A stretch of 64,000 bases of DNA, taken from contig JAAYOI010000007.1 of NCBI GenBank assembly GCA_012520435.1, positions 964 to 64,963 on the forward strand, in the 5' to 3' direction. This DNA is from Mollicutes bacterium. GTDB lineage: Bacteria; Bacillota_I; Bacilli_A; RF39; UBA660. Under the pieces are notes generated by a model, which did not search any database, was not told where the DNA came from, and saw only the letters and a program-made list of their open reading frames with translations. A program made the translations under genes and the position numbers. Shown one piece after another: positions 1 to 9,953 of the stretch (position 1 is the stretch's first letter; every line of letters starts with the position of its first letter).

Positions 1-52
1 ATATTAGTGATATAATGATGATGAAATATAATATGGAGGTATGAGGTAGAAG

Positions 53-1462
53 ATGAAAAAATATAGTTTTTTGAAAATTTTAGGAATTACCTTTTTGATA
101 GTAGTAGCCCTATCATGGATAATTCCAGTTGGTAGTTATTATGATGGAACTTTTACTTTAGGTAAAACTGATCCTCTTGGTTTACTTGATTTAATTAGAT
201 TACCATTAAGTACTTTTGCCAATTTTATTCATTATGGAATTACTATATTGATAATTGGTGGTTTATATGGTGTTTTAATTAAAACAGGTGCTTACGATAA
301 TTTAGTTGAAAAAATTGTTGAAAAATTTAAAGGAAAAGAAAAAACATTCTTAATTATTACGGTTTTATTCTTTTCAATTTTAACTTCCCTTACAGGATTG
401 GTATATCTTCTTTTGGTATTGGTTCCTTTCTTTATGGCTATCTTATTATTAATGAATTATAATAAACTAACAACTTTGATGGCTACTGTTGGTGCAATGT
501 TTGTTGGTTTAATTGGTTGTACTTATGGATTTAATATTAATGGTATTATCAATTACTATTTTGCTTTAAAGAATCATGATGAAATAATTACCAAATTTAT
601 TTTCCTTGCTCTTATTACTTTCTTATTAGTTGTATTTGTTGTCAAAACAAGTAAAAGAGTAGATACTGAAAAAGAAAAAATCAATATACCTTTATTTAAA
701 AAAGATAAAAAGAACCAAAAAAGTTATTGGCCATTAGCTATTGTAATGATTACAACTTTAATTATTCTATTAATTGGAATGTATAATTGGATATATTCAT
801 TTAATGTTACTTTCTTTTCCGAAATGCATAATAGTCTAATGGATCTTAAAGTAGCAGATTATCCTATTGTTAAAAATATTATAGGTTCTGTTAATGCGAT
901 GGGATATTGGAACATCTATGAACTAGCCGTCATATTAATTGCTGCAATGTTATTAATTGGTTGGATTTATAGTTTAAAATCAAAAGATTTAGTTGATAGT
1001 TTTATTAGTGGTGCAAAAGAAATATTACCAACGGCTTTATATGTAACTCTAGCTAATATTATTTTTACAATTATTATAAGTGGTTCTAATGATCAAAATA
1101 TGTTTTATTCAATTGCCAATTATTTCTTTAATCTTACCGAAAAACTTAATGTTGTAACTATGTCTTTAGTTTCCTCTATTGGTTCATTCTTCTATAACGA
1201 TTTTAGTAGTTATTTGGAAGCTATGGGAACTAATATCGCAATCATTTATCCAGATGCCGAATTTTACCAAATAATTGGTCTCATTTCAAGAACAATGTAT
1301 GGATTAGTAATGTTTATTGCTCCAACTAGTTTATTATTAGTAGGAGGACTAACATATTTAAATATTTCATATAAAGAATGGTTAAAATATATTTGGAAAT
1401 ATTTAATTCAAGTTTTAGTAATTGCTCTCTTAGTAATGGTTATAATGCTTATTTTTATTTAA
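53..1462 (+). CDS. YfcC-family (DcuC-superfamily-like) polytopic membrane transporter
   Basis: 469-aa multi-TM protein. N-terminal region SWIIPVGSYYDG...LGLLDLIRLPLSTFANF...GITILIIGGLYGVLIKTGAYD matches the YfcC/arginine-ornithine-antiporter-like family pattern. RBS AGGTAG lies upstream of the ATG. Confidence 0.55.
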   Translation: MKKYSFLKILGITFLIVVALSWIIPVGSYYDGTFTLGKTDPLGLLDLIRLPLSTFANFIHYGITILIIGGLYGVLIKTGAYDNLVEKIVEKFKGKEKTFLIITVLFFSILTSLTGLVYLLLVLVPFFMAILLLMNYNKLTTLMATVGAMFVGLIGCTYGFNINGIINYYFALKNHDEIITKFIFLALITFLLVVFVVKTSKRVDTEKEKINIPLFKKDKKNQKSYWPLAIVMITTLIILLIGMYNWIYSFNVTFFSEMHNSLMDLKVADYPIVKNIIGSVNAMGYWNIYELAVILIAAMLLIGWIYSLKSKDLVDSFISGAKEILPTALYVTLANIIFTIIISGSNDQNMFYSIANYFFNLTEKLNVVTMSLVSSIGSFFYNDFSSYLEAMGTNIAIIYPDAEFYQIIGLISRTMYGLVMFIAPTSLLLVGGLTYLNISYKEWLKYIWKYLIQVLVIALLVMVIMLIFI

Positions 1463-1657
1463 TTTATCCATAAGATAATTAAATATAGAGATGATATCAA
1501 AATCATCTCTTTTATTTTTGTAAAAAATGTAAACAATTAAATAATTAAATAATTTAATAATATTTTACCTTTAAAAAATTGACATTTTATGATAAAATAT
1601 TAGTGCAAGGATATATTTATACTTATAATTTCATATCTTATTTTGGAGGCTAATTAA

Positions 1658-2293
1658 TTGGAATGGGTTATAGATAATCAAACATATAAAGTAGAGATTC
1701 AACGAAAAAATAATAAAAATACATATCTTAGAGTTAATGAAGATTTAACCATTTTAATTACAACTAATTATTTAGTAAGTAAAAAACAAATTAGTGATTT
1801 ATTAAGACGTAATGAAAAATATTTACAAAAGATGATAAGTAAACGTATAAAAGAACAAGAAAAGAAAAAGTTATTTAGTTATTTAGGAAAAAATTATGAT
1901 ATTGTAATAGTACCAACGATGAATAAAATAGAAATTATTAATAATAAGATTTTAGTAAAAAGTTGGGATTATTTAAATAAATGGTATGGTAATGAGATTA
2001 AAAGAGTATTTAGTGAAAGATTAAATATTATTTATCAAAAGTTTAATGAACAACTTCCTTATCCTAAATTAAAGATTAGAAAAATGAAAACAAGATGGGG
2101 AGTTTGTAATCGTAAAAATTTATCAATTACCCTTAATAGTGAATTAATAAAATTGGATATAGAAAAAATTGATTATGTTATTATTCATGAACTTGCGCAT
2201 TTTATCCATTTTAATCATTCAATTAATTTTTGGAATATTGTAGCTAAGTATTGTCCTAATTATAAAGCAATTAGAAAAAGTATGAAGGAGTAG
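1658..2293 (+). CDS. YgjP-like DUF45/M48-type metal-dependent hydrolase
   Basis: C-terminal motif WGVCNRKNLSITLNSELIKLDIEKIDYVIIHELAHFIHFNHSINFW matches the DUF45 consensus (W.xC...IDYVvvHELcHLxHxNHSxxFW) with HEXXH. Confidence 0.7.
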   Translation: MEWVIDNQTYKVEIQRKNNKNTYLRVNEDLTILITTNYLVSKKQISDLLRRNEKYLQKMISKRIKEQEKKKLFSYLGKNYDIVIVPTMNKIEIINNKILVKSWDYLNKWYGNEIKRVFSERLNIIYQKFNEQLPYPKLKIRKMKTRWGVCNRKNLSITLNSELIKLDIEKIDYVIIHELAHFIHFNHSINFWNIVAKYCPNYKAIRKSMKE

Positions 2294-2300
2294 TGATAGT

Positions 2301-3515
2301 ATGCGAAAAATATTTAATATTTTAATGATTATTGTTTTAGTCATTCCTTATGTTATTCTTCCTGAAGAAGTAGAAGCTAAAACTTTAGGTGATTTAAAAC
2401 GTGAATTGGCAGAGTTGGAAGCAGAAATAAGACAAAATAAAAAAGAAAAGGAAATGACTGAACAACAAATTACTAATACACGTACTAATATACAAAATAT
2501 TAGTGAAGAAATTGAACAAATTTATGTTGATATTGAAAATTTAAATAAAGAAATAGTTGAATTAAATATTGAAATAGTTAATAAAAATGAAGAAATAAAA
2601 AAGATTATGAATTTTGTGCAAACATCTAATGGTGAGTCTGCATATTTAGAATTTGCTTTTGGAGCTAAAGATTTTACTGATTTTATTTACCGTGTAGCTA
2701 TATCAGAACAATTAGCTAGCTATAATAAAAATTTAATAGAAACATATAAAAATATGATTGAAGCTAATAAACTAAAAGAAATACAATTAAACAACAAAAC
2801 AGTAGAATTAACTAATAATCAACAAAGTTTAAGTAAATTACTTTCTAATTTAAACAGTAAACTTACGGAAATACAACATGAAGGGGTAAGCATCGAAGAA
2901 GATATTAGGATGCAAAAGGAAGTAATTAAGTTATATCAAAGTTTAGGTTGTAAAGATAATGACGATATTAAAACTTGTGGTAAAAATATGTTACCACCAG
3001 AAACTGCTTTTTTACGTCCAGTTGTAAAAGGGCATGTTACTAGTGAATTTGGGTATCGTACTTATACAAAAAATGGTAAAAAAGTCTCTGGTTACCATTA
3101 TGGCATTGATATGAGTGAAAGCGGAACAGTTCCAATTTATGCAGCCGGACGTGGTATGGTTATTGCGGTTTTCTATAAGCAACCATGTGGTGGTAATATG
3201 GTATACATTCATCATAATGTAAATGGTAAAACTTATACGACAATGTATGCCCATTTAAGAAAAGTTTATGTATCAAAAGGTGATGTTGTTGATCGTGATA
3301 CCCAAATAGGTACAATGGGTGGTAGCCCTAGTACTGAGCCATGGGATGAATGTACGACTGGGCAACACCTTCATTTCCAAATTGCTACTGGTTTATATTA
3401 CAAAGATTATTCAAGTTCATCAAATTTCAGTTCGCGTTCATTTAATCCAAGAAATCTAGTTAATTTTCCAAAAGGTACATATGTAAAATGGTATGATCGT
3501 TGGACTAAATATTAA
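2301..3515 (+). CDS. secreted coiled-coil M23 (LytM-domain) peptidase, EnvC-like
   Basis: N-terminal signal/TM segment followed by a long heptad-rich coiled coil. C-terminal M23 motifs are intact: HYGID (HxxxD) and QHLHFQ (HxH). Confidence 0.75.
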   Translation: MRKIFNILMIIVLVIPYVILPEEVEAKTLGDLKRELAELEAEIRQNKKEKEMTEQQITNTRTNIQNISEEIEQIYVDIENLNKEIVELNIEIVNKNEEIKKIMNFVQTSNGESAYLEFAFGAKDFTDFIYRVAISEQLASYNKNLIETYKNMIEANKLKEIQLNNKTVELTNNQQSLSKLLSNLNSKLTEIQHEGVSIEEDIRMQKEVIKLYQSLGCKDNDDIKTCGKNMLPPETAFLRPVVKGHVTSEFGYRTYTKNGKKVSGYHYGIDMSESGTVPIYAAGRGMVIAVFYKQPCGGNMVYIHHNVNGKTYTTMYAHLRKVYVSKGDVVDRDTQIGTMGGSPSTEPWDECTTGQHLHFQIATGLYYKDYSSSSNFSSRSFNPRNLVNFPKGTYVKWYDRWTKY

Positions 3516-3560
3516 AAAAAGGAATTAAATATTCCTTCTTTTTAAAAAGGAGGATATTAT

Positions 3561-4025
3561 ATGAAAAAAATTTTAATTTTATTAATGTTAATTTTAATAA
3601 CTGGATGTACTAATAACAATGAAAAAAAATATTATGCTTTAGTTAAAGAACTAAAGCAAATTGAAACAACAACTATTAATATCCCTTTTGACATAACTAT
3701 TGTTTTAGATAAAATAACAGATAATGAAATTGTTTATAACGCTGTTATTGATAATGCTCAAGAAGAAATCAAAGATGTAGTTGCTTTAGTTACTAATGAT
3801 CAAGTAACTAATAAAATGTATCCAAGTATTGGTATTTTTGATAAAAAAATAAAAATTGTTCCTAGTCATAAAGAAATAAATGATGATAGTGTTAAAGGTA
3901 TTGCTTTAGTAGGATATTTACCTTTTGATAAAGAAATAGAAGAATTTAGTGGTATTTTTAAAGTTTATGTTGAGTTTACTTTAAAAGGTAAAAGACAAAA
4001 AATATATTATATATACAAAATATAA
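3561..4025 (+). CDS. hypothetical lipoprotein
   Basis: Signal peptide with lipobox (LILITGC). No recognisable domain. Confidence 0.45.
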   Translation: MKKILILLMLILITGCTNNNEKKYYALVKELKQIETTTINIPFDITIVLDKITDNEIVYNAVIDNAQEEIKDVVALVTNDQVTNKMYPSIGIFDKKIKIVPSHKEINDDSVKGIALVGYLPFDKEIEEFSGIFKVYVEFTLKGKRQKIYYIYKI

Positions 4026-4069
4026 CAAAGTATAACAGTTCTTTATTATATAATTATTGTGGTGATTTC

Positions 4070-4243
4070 ATGAAAGTAAAATTGTTTGATGAAAGCCACG
4101 AAAAAGATTTAGAAGATAAGATTAATACTTTTTTAAGTGAAATGGAAGGAACTTTAGTTGATATTAAATATCAAGTAGCTATATGTGCGAATGGTGAAGA
4201 ACAAATATATTGTTTTTCAGCAATGATTATATATGAAAAATGA
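4070..4243 (+). CDS. cse60: small sporulation protein Cse60 homolog (57 aa; absent from the ORF track)
   Basis: My own translation gives MKVKLFDESHEKDLEDKINTFLSEMEGTLVDIKYQVAICANGEEQIYCFSAMIIYEK. As far as I recall the Cse60/YteV family pattern (KLFDExHEKDLE...FL...DIKYQV...EQIYCFSAM.IY), this fits. TGA stop at 4241-4243. Confidence 0.6.
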   Translation: MKVKLFDESHEKDLEDKINTFLSEMEGTLVDIKYQVAICANGEEQIYCFSAMIIYEK

Positions 4244-4254
4244 GGTTGTGAACT

Positions 4255-5907
4255 ATGAAAAGAAATAGCTTTATTGAAGGTGCAATGATAACAACGATTG
4301 GTATTGTTATTTGTAAAATAATTGGATTAATATATGTTATTCCTTTTTATGGCATTATAGGTTCCCAAGGTGGAGCTCTTTATGGTTATGCTTACTCGAT
4401 TTATGCCATTTTTTTAAATTTATCATCAAGTGGTATTCCCGTTGCCATAAGTCGGGTAGTAAGTGAATATAATACTTTAAAGTATTATTATACAAAAGAA
4501 AGAACATACAAAATTGGGACCTATATTATTATGGGTTTAGGCTTAACTTTTTTTATTCTCTTAATGCTTTTTGCTAAACCTATTGCTAGTAGCATTTTAG
4601 GTGATTTACAAGGTGGTAATACAATTGAGGGAGTTAGTTTTGTTATTCGCATTATATCAACAACTCTTTTAATTGTTCCATTATTAAGTGTAACCAAAGG
4701 TTATTTACAAGGTCATAAAATTATGGCACCATCAAGTATTTCTAATATTCTTGAACAAGTTGTTAGAGTAAGTATTATTGTTGGTGGAAGTTTTATAGCT
4801 TTAAAAGTTTTTAATTCATCTTTAGAAGAAGCGGTAGGAATTGCCGTTTTTGGAGCAACCATTGGTGCTTTAGTAGCTTTCCTTTATTTATTTTATAAAA
4901 TTCAAAAAAATAAAGATAAATTAAATAAAGATGAACCAATGACACGTTCAGAGGTACAAATAACAACTAAAGATATTATTAAAAAAATTATTTTTTATGC
5001 TTTACCATTTGTTGTTATTGATCTTGCCCAATCAGCATTTTATATGGTTGATACTTTTACGGTTGTTAATACTATGGTTAAATTAGGTTTTGGTAATATT
5101 GCTGAAACAACTATTGGTACCATTACAACTTGGGCATCTAAATTAAATATGATTGTTATTTCAATATCAACGGGTATCATTATTAGTTTAATTCCTAATA
5201 TTGCTAGTAGTTATGTTAAAAAAGATATGACTGATGTATCTAAAAAAATCAATCAAGCTTTACAAATTTTATTATTTGCTATTTTACCAATGACTATTGG
5301 CCTACATTTTCTCGCAACACCTACTTGGGTTCTTTTCTATAGCTATGATATAGTAAGTATTTCTATTTTTAAAATATTTATTTTCCAAGCTTTATCTTTT
5401 TCCATTTATATGCTTTTAATTGATATTTTTCAAACCATGAATGATACTAAAATTGCTTTAGGTACTTTATTTGGTAGTTTTTTTGGTAAATTATTATTAA
5501 ATATTCCTATGATGCATTTATGTAAATTAATTGGTATAGATGTTTATTATGGGCCATCTATGACAACTTTATTAGTTCATATGGTTGCGATTATTTTCTT
5601 ATTTTATAAATTAAAAACGAAATATAAAATCAATTATCAAGAAATGCGTTATAATGCCTTAAAGACTATTTTATGTGTTTTGATTATGGTGATTGTATTA
5701 AAAATATTAAATATATTCTTAACGATTGATGCGCCAACGAGAATAGAAGCTTTTATTAAAGTTGGTATATATTCTTTTGTGGGTGCTTTAGTTTATATAA
5801 CAGTTGCTTATAGTAGTAGATTAATTCATCATATTTTTGGTGAAAATATTGTTAAGATGGTTATTAGTAAGATACCTTTTGTGAAGAAAAAAATAAAATT
5901 AGATTAG
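4255..5907 (+). CDS. SpoVB/YtgP-family MOP-superfamily flippase (polysaccharide/peptidoglycan precursor export)
   Basis: 550 aa, about 14 TM segments. GIPVAISRVVSEY and KGYLQGHKIMAPSSISNILEQVVRVSI align with B. subtilis SpoVB (GLPVAISKLVAEA / RGYFQGKQNMNPLAMSQVLEQVVRISL). Confidence 0.7.
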   Translation: MKRNSFIEGAMITTIGIVICKIIGLIYVIPFYGIIGSQGGALYGYAYSIYAIFLNLSSSGIPVAISRVVSEYNTLKYYYTKERTYKIGTYIIMGLGLTFFILLMLFAKPIASSILGDLQGGNTIEGVSFVIRIISTTLLIVPLLSVTKGYLQGHKIMAPSSISNILEQVVRVSIIVGGSFIALKVFNSSLEEAVGIAVFGATIGALVAFLYLFYKIQKNKDKLNKDEPMTRSEVQITTKDIIKKIIFYALPFVVIDLAQSAFYMVDTFTVVNTMVKLGFGNIAETTIGTITTWASKLNMIVISISTGIIISLIPNIASSYVKKDMTDVSKKINQALQILLFAILPMTIGLHFLATPTWVLFYSYDIVSISIFKIFIFQALSFSIYMLLIDIFQTMNDTKIALGTLFGSFFGKLLLNIPMMHLCKLIGIDVYYGPSMTTLLVHMVAIIFLFYKLKTKYKINYQEMRYNALKTILCVLIMVIVLKILNIFLTIDAPTRIEAFIKVGIYSFVGALVYITVAYSSRLIHHIFGENIVKMVISKIPFVKKKIKLD

Positions 5908-5912
5908 TAGTA

Positions 5913-5939
5913 AAAAGGATGATATTACCATCCTTTTTA
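5913..5939 (+). terminator. intrinsic terminator after the flippase gene
   Basis: Hairpin aggatg-atattac-catcct followed by a T-run. Confidence 0.55.
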
Positions 5940-6100
5940 TTATTAAATATAGAATAAATTAAATTAAAGCCAAAAAATGTGATAAAATATAGTTACGTGA
6001 TTCATTTAATTTTGTTCAATTTTTTATCGGACATGATTTAGTCAATATCAATGAAATAACTTGGGATAATAAAGATAGGCATCCAATATCAACGGCTGCT

Positions 6101-6517
6101 ATGTGTTATCTAAAAGGAAATTATCATTTAGGAGAATTTTTATATTCTCAACCAACCTATAAAGATAATGAACAAAAGGTTAAAGATGAATCTGATTTAG
6201 TAATTTTAAAAGTTTTATCAGATAAAAAACCAAAATTAGAAGAATTTATTAAGAATCCTAAATTCACATGTAATTTAAGTAGATATATTTATTTAATGCA
6301 ATTACTTGTAATAAATATTAAAAAAAATAGTGAACAAATTGAAATAAAAGATTTAGATACATTTGATGAACTTTTAATTTCCAAAATGAGTGAAGAAGAT
6401 AAAGAAATGCTAGAAATTTCACGTTTAAGATATAATAAAAATAATGAAAAGGATAGTTATTTATCAATATTAAAAGGTAATAGTTTATCAAATTTAGAAA
6501 GAAAAAAATTAAAATAA
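6101..6517 (+). CDS. hypothetical protein (138 aa)
   Basis: ORF only; no recognisable motif. Followed by a terminator hairpin at 6551-6581. Confidence 0.35.
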   Translation: MCYLKGNYHLGEFLYSQPTYKDNEQKVKDESDLVILKVLSDKKPKLEEFIKNPKFTCNLSRYIYLMQLLVINIKKNSEQIEIKDLDTFDELLISKMSEEDKEMLEISRLRYNKNNEKDSYLSILKGNSLSNLERKKLK

Positions 6518-6550
6518 TTTATAATAATGAATTAATTTTAAATAGAATAA

Positions 6551-6581
6551 AACTAAATAGTATTATTTAGTTTTTTTTGTT
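6551..6581 (+). terminator. intrinsic terminator upstream of clpC
   Basis: aactaaata-gtat-tatttagtt followed by eight T. Confidence 0.5.
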
Positions 6582-6640
6582 GATTAAAAAACTAAATTTA
6601 TTCACAATATAAACATAGAATAAAAATAGGGAGGAATAAT

Positions 6641-8968
6641 ATGTTTGGTAATTTTACCGAAGAAGCAAGAAAAATATTAGTTGATGCGAAAAAAGAAATG
6701 TATGATTTAAAACATCCTTATGTTGGTAGTGAACATTTATTATTAGCTATCTTAAAAAATGATAATAATATATCTAAAAAATTAAAAGATTATAATTTAG
6801 ATTATCAAACATTAAAAAATGAAATAATTAAAATAATTGGAGTTGGAACTAATTCAAATAATTGGTTTTTATATACACCTTTATTAAAAAGAATTTTAGA
6901 AAATGCGATTATTGATAGTAAAGAAAATAACAATGGGGAAGTTACTGTTGAACACCTTTTTTCTAGTTTATTAGAAGAAGGAGAAGGTGTCGCAATTCGT
7001 ATAATGTTAGGCATAAATATTGATGTTGATGAACTTTATGGTGAATTTTCATATAAATTAAATAATACGAATAAAAGAAAAAAGAATAAAAAATTATTAA
7101 TTGAAGAATTAGGAATCGATCTTAATCAAAAAGCATTAAATAATGAAATAGATCCAGTTGTTGGTAGAGAAAAAGAAATAAGAAGAATCTTAGAAATTTT
7201 ATCAAGAAGAACTAAAAATAATCCTTTATTAATAGGAGAAGCAGGGGTAGGGAAAACGGCCATTGTTGAGGAATTAAGTAGATTAATTGTTAATGGGGAA
7301 GTACCACTTCCTTTACGTAATAAAAGAATTATTTGTTTAGATATGGCAACCATGGTAGCGGGAACTAAATATCGTGGGGAATTTGAAGAACGTGTTAATA
7401 AAGTATTAAAAGAAATTGAAGAAAATGATGATATTATTCTTTTTATTGATGAAATTCATACTTTAGTAGGAGCGGGTGGGGCAGAAGGAGCGATTGATGC
7501 ATCGAATATCTTTAAACCAGCTTTAGCTAGAAATAAACTTAGATGTATTGGGGCAACCACTATTGATGAATATAAAAAATATATTGAAAATGATCGTGCT
7601 TTAGAAAGAAGATTTCAAAAAGTTATGATCGATATTCCTGATAAAAAAACAGTTAAACAAATTTTAAATAAATTAAAAGAGATATATGAGAAATATCATT
7701 ATGTTCATCTTAGTGATAAAATAATTGATCTTATTATCGATTTATCAGAAAAATATGTTTATGATCGTAATCAACCTGATAAAGCTATTGATATTTTAGA
7801 TGAAGTTTGTGCCAAAGTAAGTTTAAAAGAAAGCCATACTTTAAAACGTTATAATAATTTAAATAAAGAATTACAAGAAATTATAAAAAAGAAAAATGAA
7901 GCTATTATTAATAATGATTTTGATAAGGCATCAGAATATAAAGAAAAAGAAAATGCTTTAATGAATGAAATAAATAATTTAGAATTAGGTCTTTATAATG
8001 ATAATATTAAAGAAGTGACAATTGAAGATGTGGCTGAAGTAGTTAGTATTAAAACGAAAATACCTGTTTATGAATTATTAAATGATCAAGAAAAAATTAT
8101 TAAGGTCATGGAAGAAAATATTAGTTCTAAAATAGTTGGGCAAGAAGAAGCGGTATCAGAAGTTATTAATATTGCTAAAAGGATAAAATTAGGTTTTAAA
8201 GATGAGAGTAAATGTTATTCAATTATGTTTTGTGGACCAACGGGCGTTGGTAAAACTGAACTTGCCAAAATTTTTGGTAATAATTTAGTAGGGGAAACTA
8301 ATGTTATTAAACTTGATATGAGTGAATATGTAGAAAGTCATTCGGTTAGTAAAATAATAGGAGCTCCTCCTGGTTATGTAGGATATAGTGATCAAAAAAA
8401 TTTATTAGAAGAAATACGTAATAAACCATATTCCGTAGTTATTTTAGATGAAATCGAAAAAGCTCATGATAGTGTTATTAATCTTTTCTTTCAAATTTTA
8501 GATGAAGGTAAAATAAAGGATTCATCAGGTAAAATTATTAGATTTGATAATGTTGTTATTGTTATGACATCTAATATTGGTTTTGAAAAAAATAATTTAG
8601 GATTTAATAAACCAACTAATGATGATATAATTACTAAACTTAAAGATTATTTTCAATTACCATTTATTAATCGGATTGATAATATTGTTGTTTTTAATAG
8701 ATTAACAGAAGAAAATATTCATACATTAATATTAAAGAAAATAAAAAAATTAAAAGAAAAATATCAAAAGAAAGATATTAAATTTAAAATTAGTAATAAT
8801 GTAATTAAAGAAATAATTAAAGAATCTAATTATGAAGAATTTGGAGCTCGCAAAATAGATAAAGTAATTAAACAAAAAGTAGAAAATATTATTATTGAAA
8901 AAATTATGGATAATGTGAAAAATATTAATATAAAAACAATTAAAAAAGAATCTATTTTAAATATTTAA
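6641..8968 (+). CDS. clpC: ATP-dependent Clp protease ATP-binding subunit ClpC (Clp_N, D1, UVR-like linker, D2)
   Basis: Clp_N repeats (SEHLLLAIL / VEHLFSSLL). D1 Walker A GEAGVGKTAIVE. D2 Walker A GPTGVGKTELAK, with IGAPPGYVGY and sensor-2 GAR. RBS GGGAGGA upstream. Confidence 0.85.
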   Translation: MFGNFTEEARKILVDAKKEMYDLKHPYVGSEHLLLAILKNDNNISKKLKDYNLDYQTLKNEIIKIIGVGTNSNNWFLYTPLLKRILENAIIDSKENNNGEVTVEHLFSSLLEEGEGVAIRIMLGINIDVDELYGEFSYKLNNTNKRKKNKKLLIEELGIDLNQKALNNEIDPVVGREKEIRRILEILSRRTKNNPLLIGEAGVGKTAIVEELSRLIVNGEVPLPLRNKRIICLDMATMVAGTKYRGEFEERVNKVLKEIEENDDIILFIDEIHTLVGAGGAEGAIDASNIFKPALARNKLRCIGATTIDEYKKYIENDRALERRFQKVMIDIPDKKTVKQILNKLKEIYEKYHYVHLSDKIIDLIIDLSEKYVYDRNQPDKAIDILDEVCAKVSLKESHTLKRYNNLNKELQEIIKKKNEAIINNDFDKASEYKEKENALMNEINNLELGLYNDNIKEVTIEDVAEVVSIKTKIPVYELLNDQEKIIKVMEENISSKIVGQEEAVSEVINIAKRIKLGFKDESKCYSIMFCGPTGVGKTELAKIFGNNLVGETNVIKLDMSEYVESHSVSKIIGAPPGYVGYSDQKNLLEEIRNKPYSVVILDEIEKAHDSVINLFFQILDEGKIKDSSGKIIRFDNVVIVMTSNIGFEKNNLGFNKPTNDDIITKLKDYFQLPFINRIDNIVVFNRLTEENIHTLILKKIKKLKEKYQKKDIKFKISNNVIKEIIKESNYEEFGARKIDKVIKQKVENIIIEKIMDNVKNINIKTIKKESILNI

Positions 8969-9028
8969 TAAAAATTAAAAAAATATAATAAAATTTTACT
9001 ATTTTTTAAATTTTATGATATAATTAAT

Positions 9029-9886
9029 TTGGTGATATATATGGCGGTAACTGTTGAGCAAGTATTAGAAAGGTTGGATAATAACAAAGAATTCAATTCT
9101 GTAATTATTAATGGCCTATCAATATTAATTTTAAAATTAAATGATAGATTTCCTTCTATTGATTTAACAAGATTATTTGAAAGAGTTGATACTTTAAAAA
9201 TTAAAACAGGAAATAAACATGTAGTTGGCGATATTGGCCGCTATGATGTTAGTAATAATATTATTGAACTTAATAGTTATGAGGTTACCAAAAAAGATGA
9301 TAATATTAATAATATTTTGATGCAACAGTTATTGGAAGTAAATACCAAAAAATCTAATGAGGATGATATTTTTGAAGGTGTTAGAATTGGTTTTAGATCG
9401 ATTGTTGCTAATAATTTAGTTGGCAATAATTTAGATAAAAATCCTTATTTTCCGATAGAAAGAGTTGTAGATCTGATAACTTATGTGGCAGGATATAATC
9501 TTGTTGAAGATTGTTATTTTAAAGATGACTATACACCTTTAGTGGCAGAATTAAATAGGATATATAATAATCCAAAAACTGTAAATGATATTTTTGATAT
9601 GTTGAAATATGATGTTAAAAGAGTACATTCGTCAGATGGGAAAAGTCATTTAGGAAATATTCAAAGAATATTAATTGATGGTTTTGTTAGCAAAGAAAAT
9701 TTAACTAAACAAGAACTAGAACGTTTTAGAACAACTTTAATGGGAAATCCAGCTATTTTTGAAGGAGAAGAAAAAAAATATCAATCGATAATTGGTGTAT
9801 ATGAATATTTTGATCAAAAAATTGCTGAAAGAATGAATCAAATGCCATTATCACCAGTAATACAAGAAGTAGGAAGAAGTAGATAA
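9029..9886 (+). CDS. hypothetical protein (285 aa); true start possibly the ATG at 9041
   Basis: ORF only; no recognisable domain. An extended -10 element (TGATATAAT) lies upstream. Confidence 0.35.
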   Translation: MVIYMAVTVEQVLERLDNNKEFNSVIINGLSILILKLNDRFPSIDLTRLFERVDTLKIKTGNKHVVGDIGRYDVSNNIIELNSYEVTKKDDNINNILMQQLLEVNTKKSNEDDIFEGVRIGFRSIVANNLVGNNLDKNPYFPIERVVDLITYVAGYNLVEDCYFKDDYTPLVAELNRIYNNPKTVNDIFDMLKYDVKRVHSSDGKSHLGNIQRILIDGFVSKENLTKQELERFRTTLMGNPAIFEGEEKKYQSIIGVYEYFDQKIAERMNQMPLSPVIQEVGRSR

Positions 9887-9953
9887 AAGTAAAGAATGAT
9901 GAAAATCATTCTTTTTTATTACAAATGTGATACAATATTAACAGGTGATATAA

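Noticed and set aside
1579-1606. TTGACA box upstream of the DUF45 gene as a full sigma-A promoter.
   Set aside because: The best -10-like hexamer (TAAAAT) is only 8 nt downstream. No properly spaced -10 element could be assigned with confidence.
3012-3254. Minus-strand ORFs embedded in confidently assigned plus-strand genes: 3012-3254, 6805-7014, 7126-7353, 10870-11058, 11588-11803, 18395-18625 (plus strand inside the GGDEF gene), 19907-20170, 24563-24808, 25510-25752, 27204-27398, 35646-35828, 37519-37701, 38102-38308, 39185-39496, 47804-48094, 52098-52298, 55059-55346, 56311-56535, 60006-60212. Likewise the plus-strand internal ORFs 10162-10359, 49093-49377 and 62649-62858.
   Set aside because: Each lies wholly inside or antisense to a long ORF with strong homology-type motifs. 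Their translations are low-complexity (Ile/Leu/Phe/Ser-rich), as expected from random antisense reading of AT-rich coding DNA, and none has an RBS.
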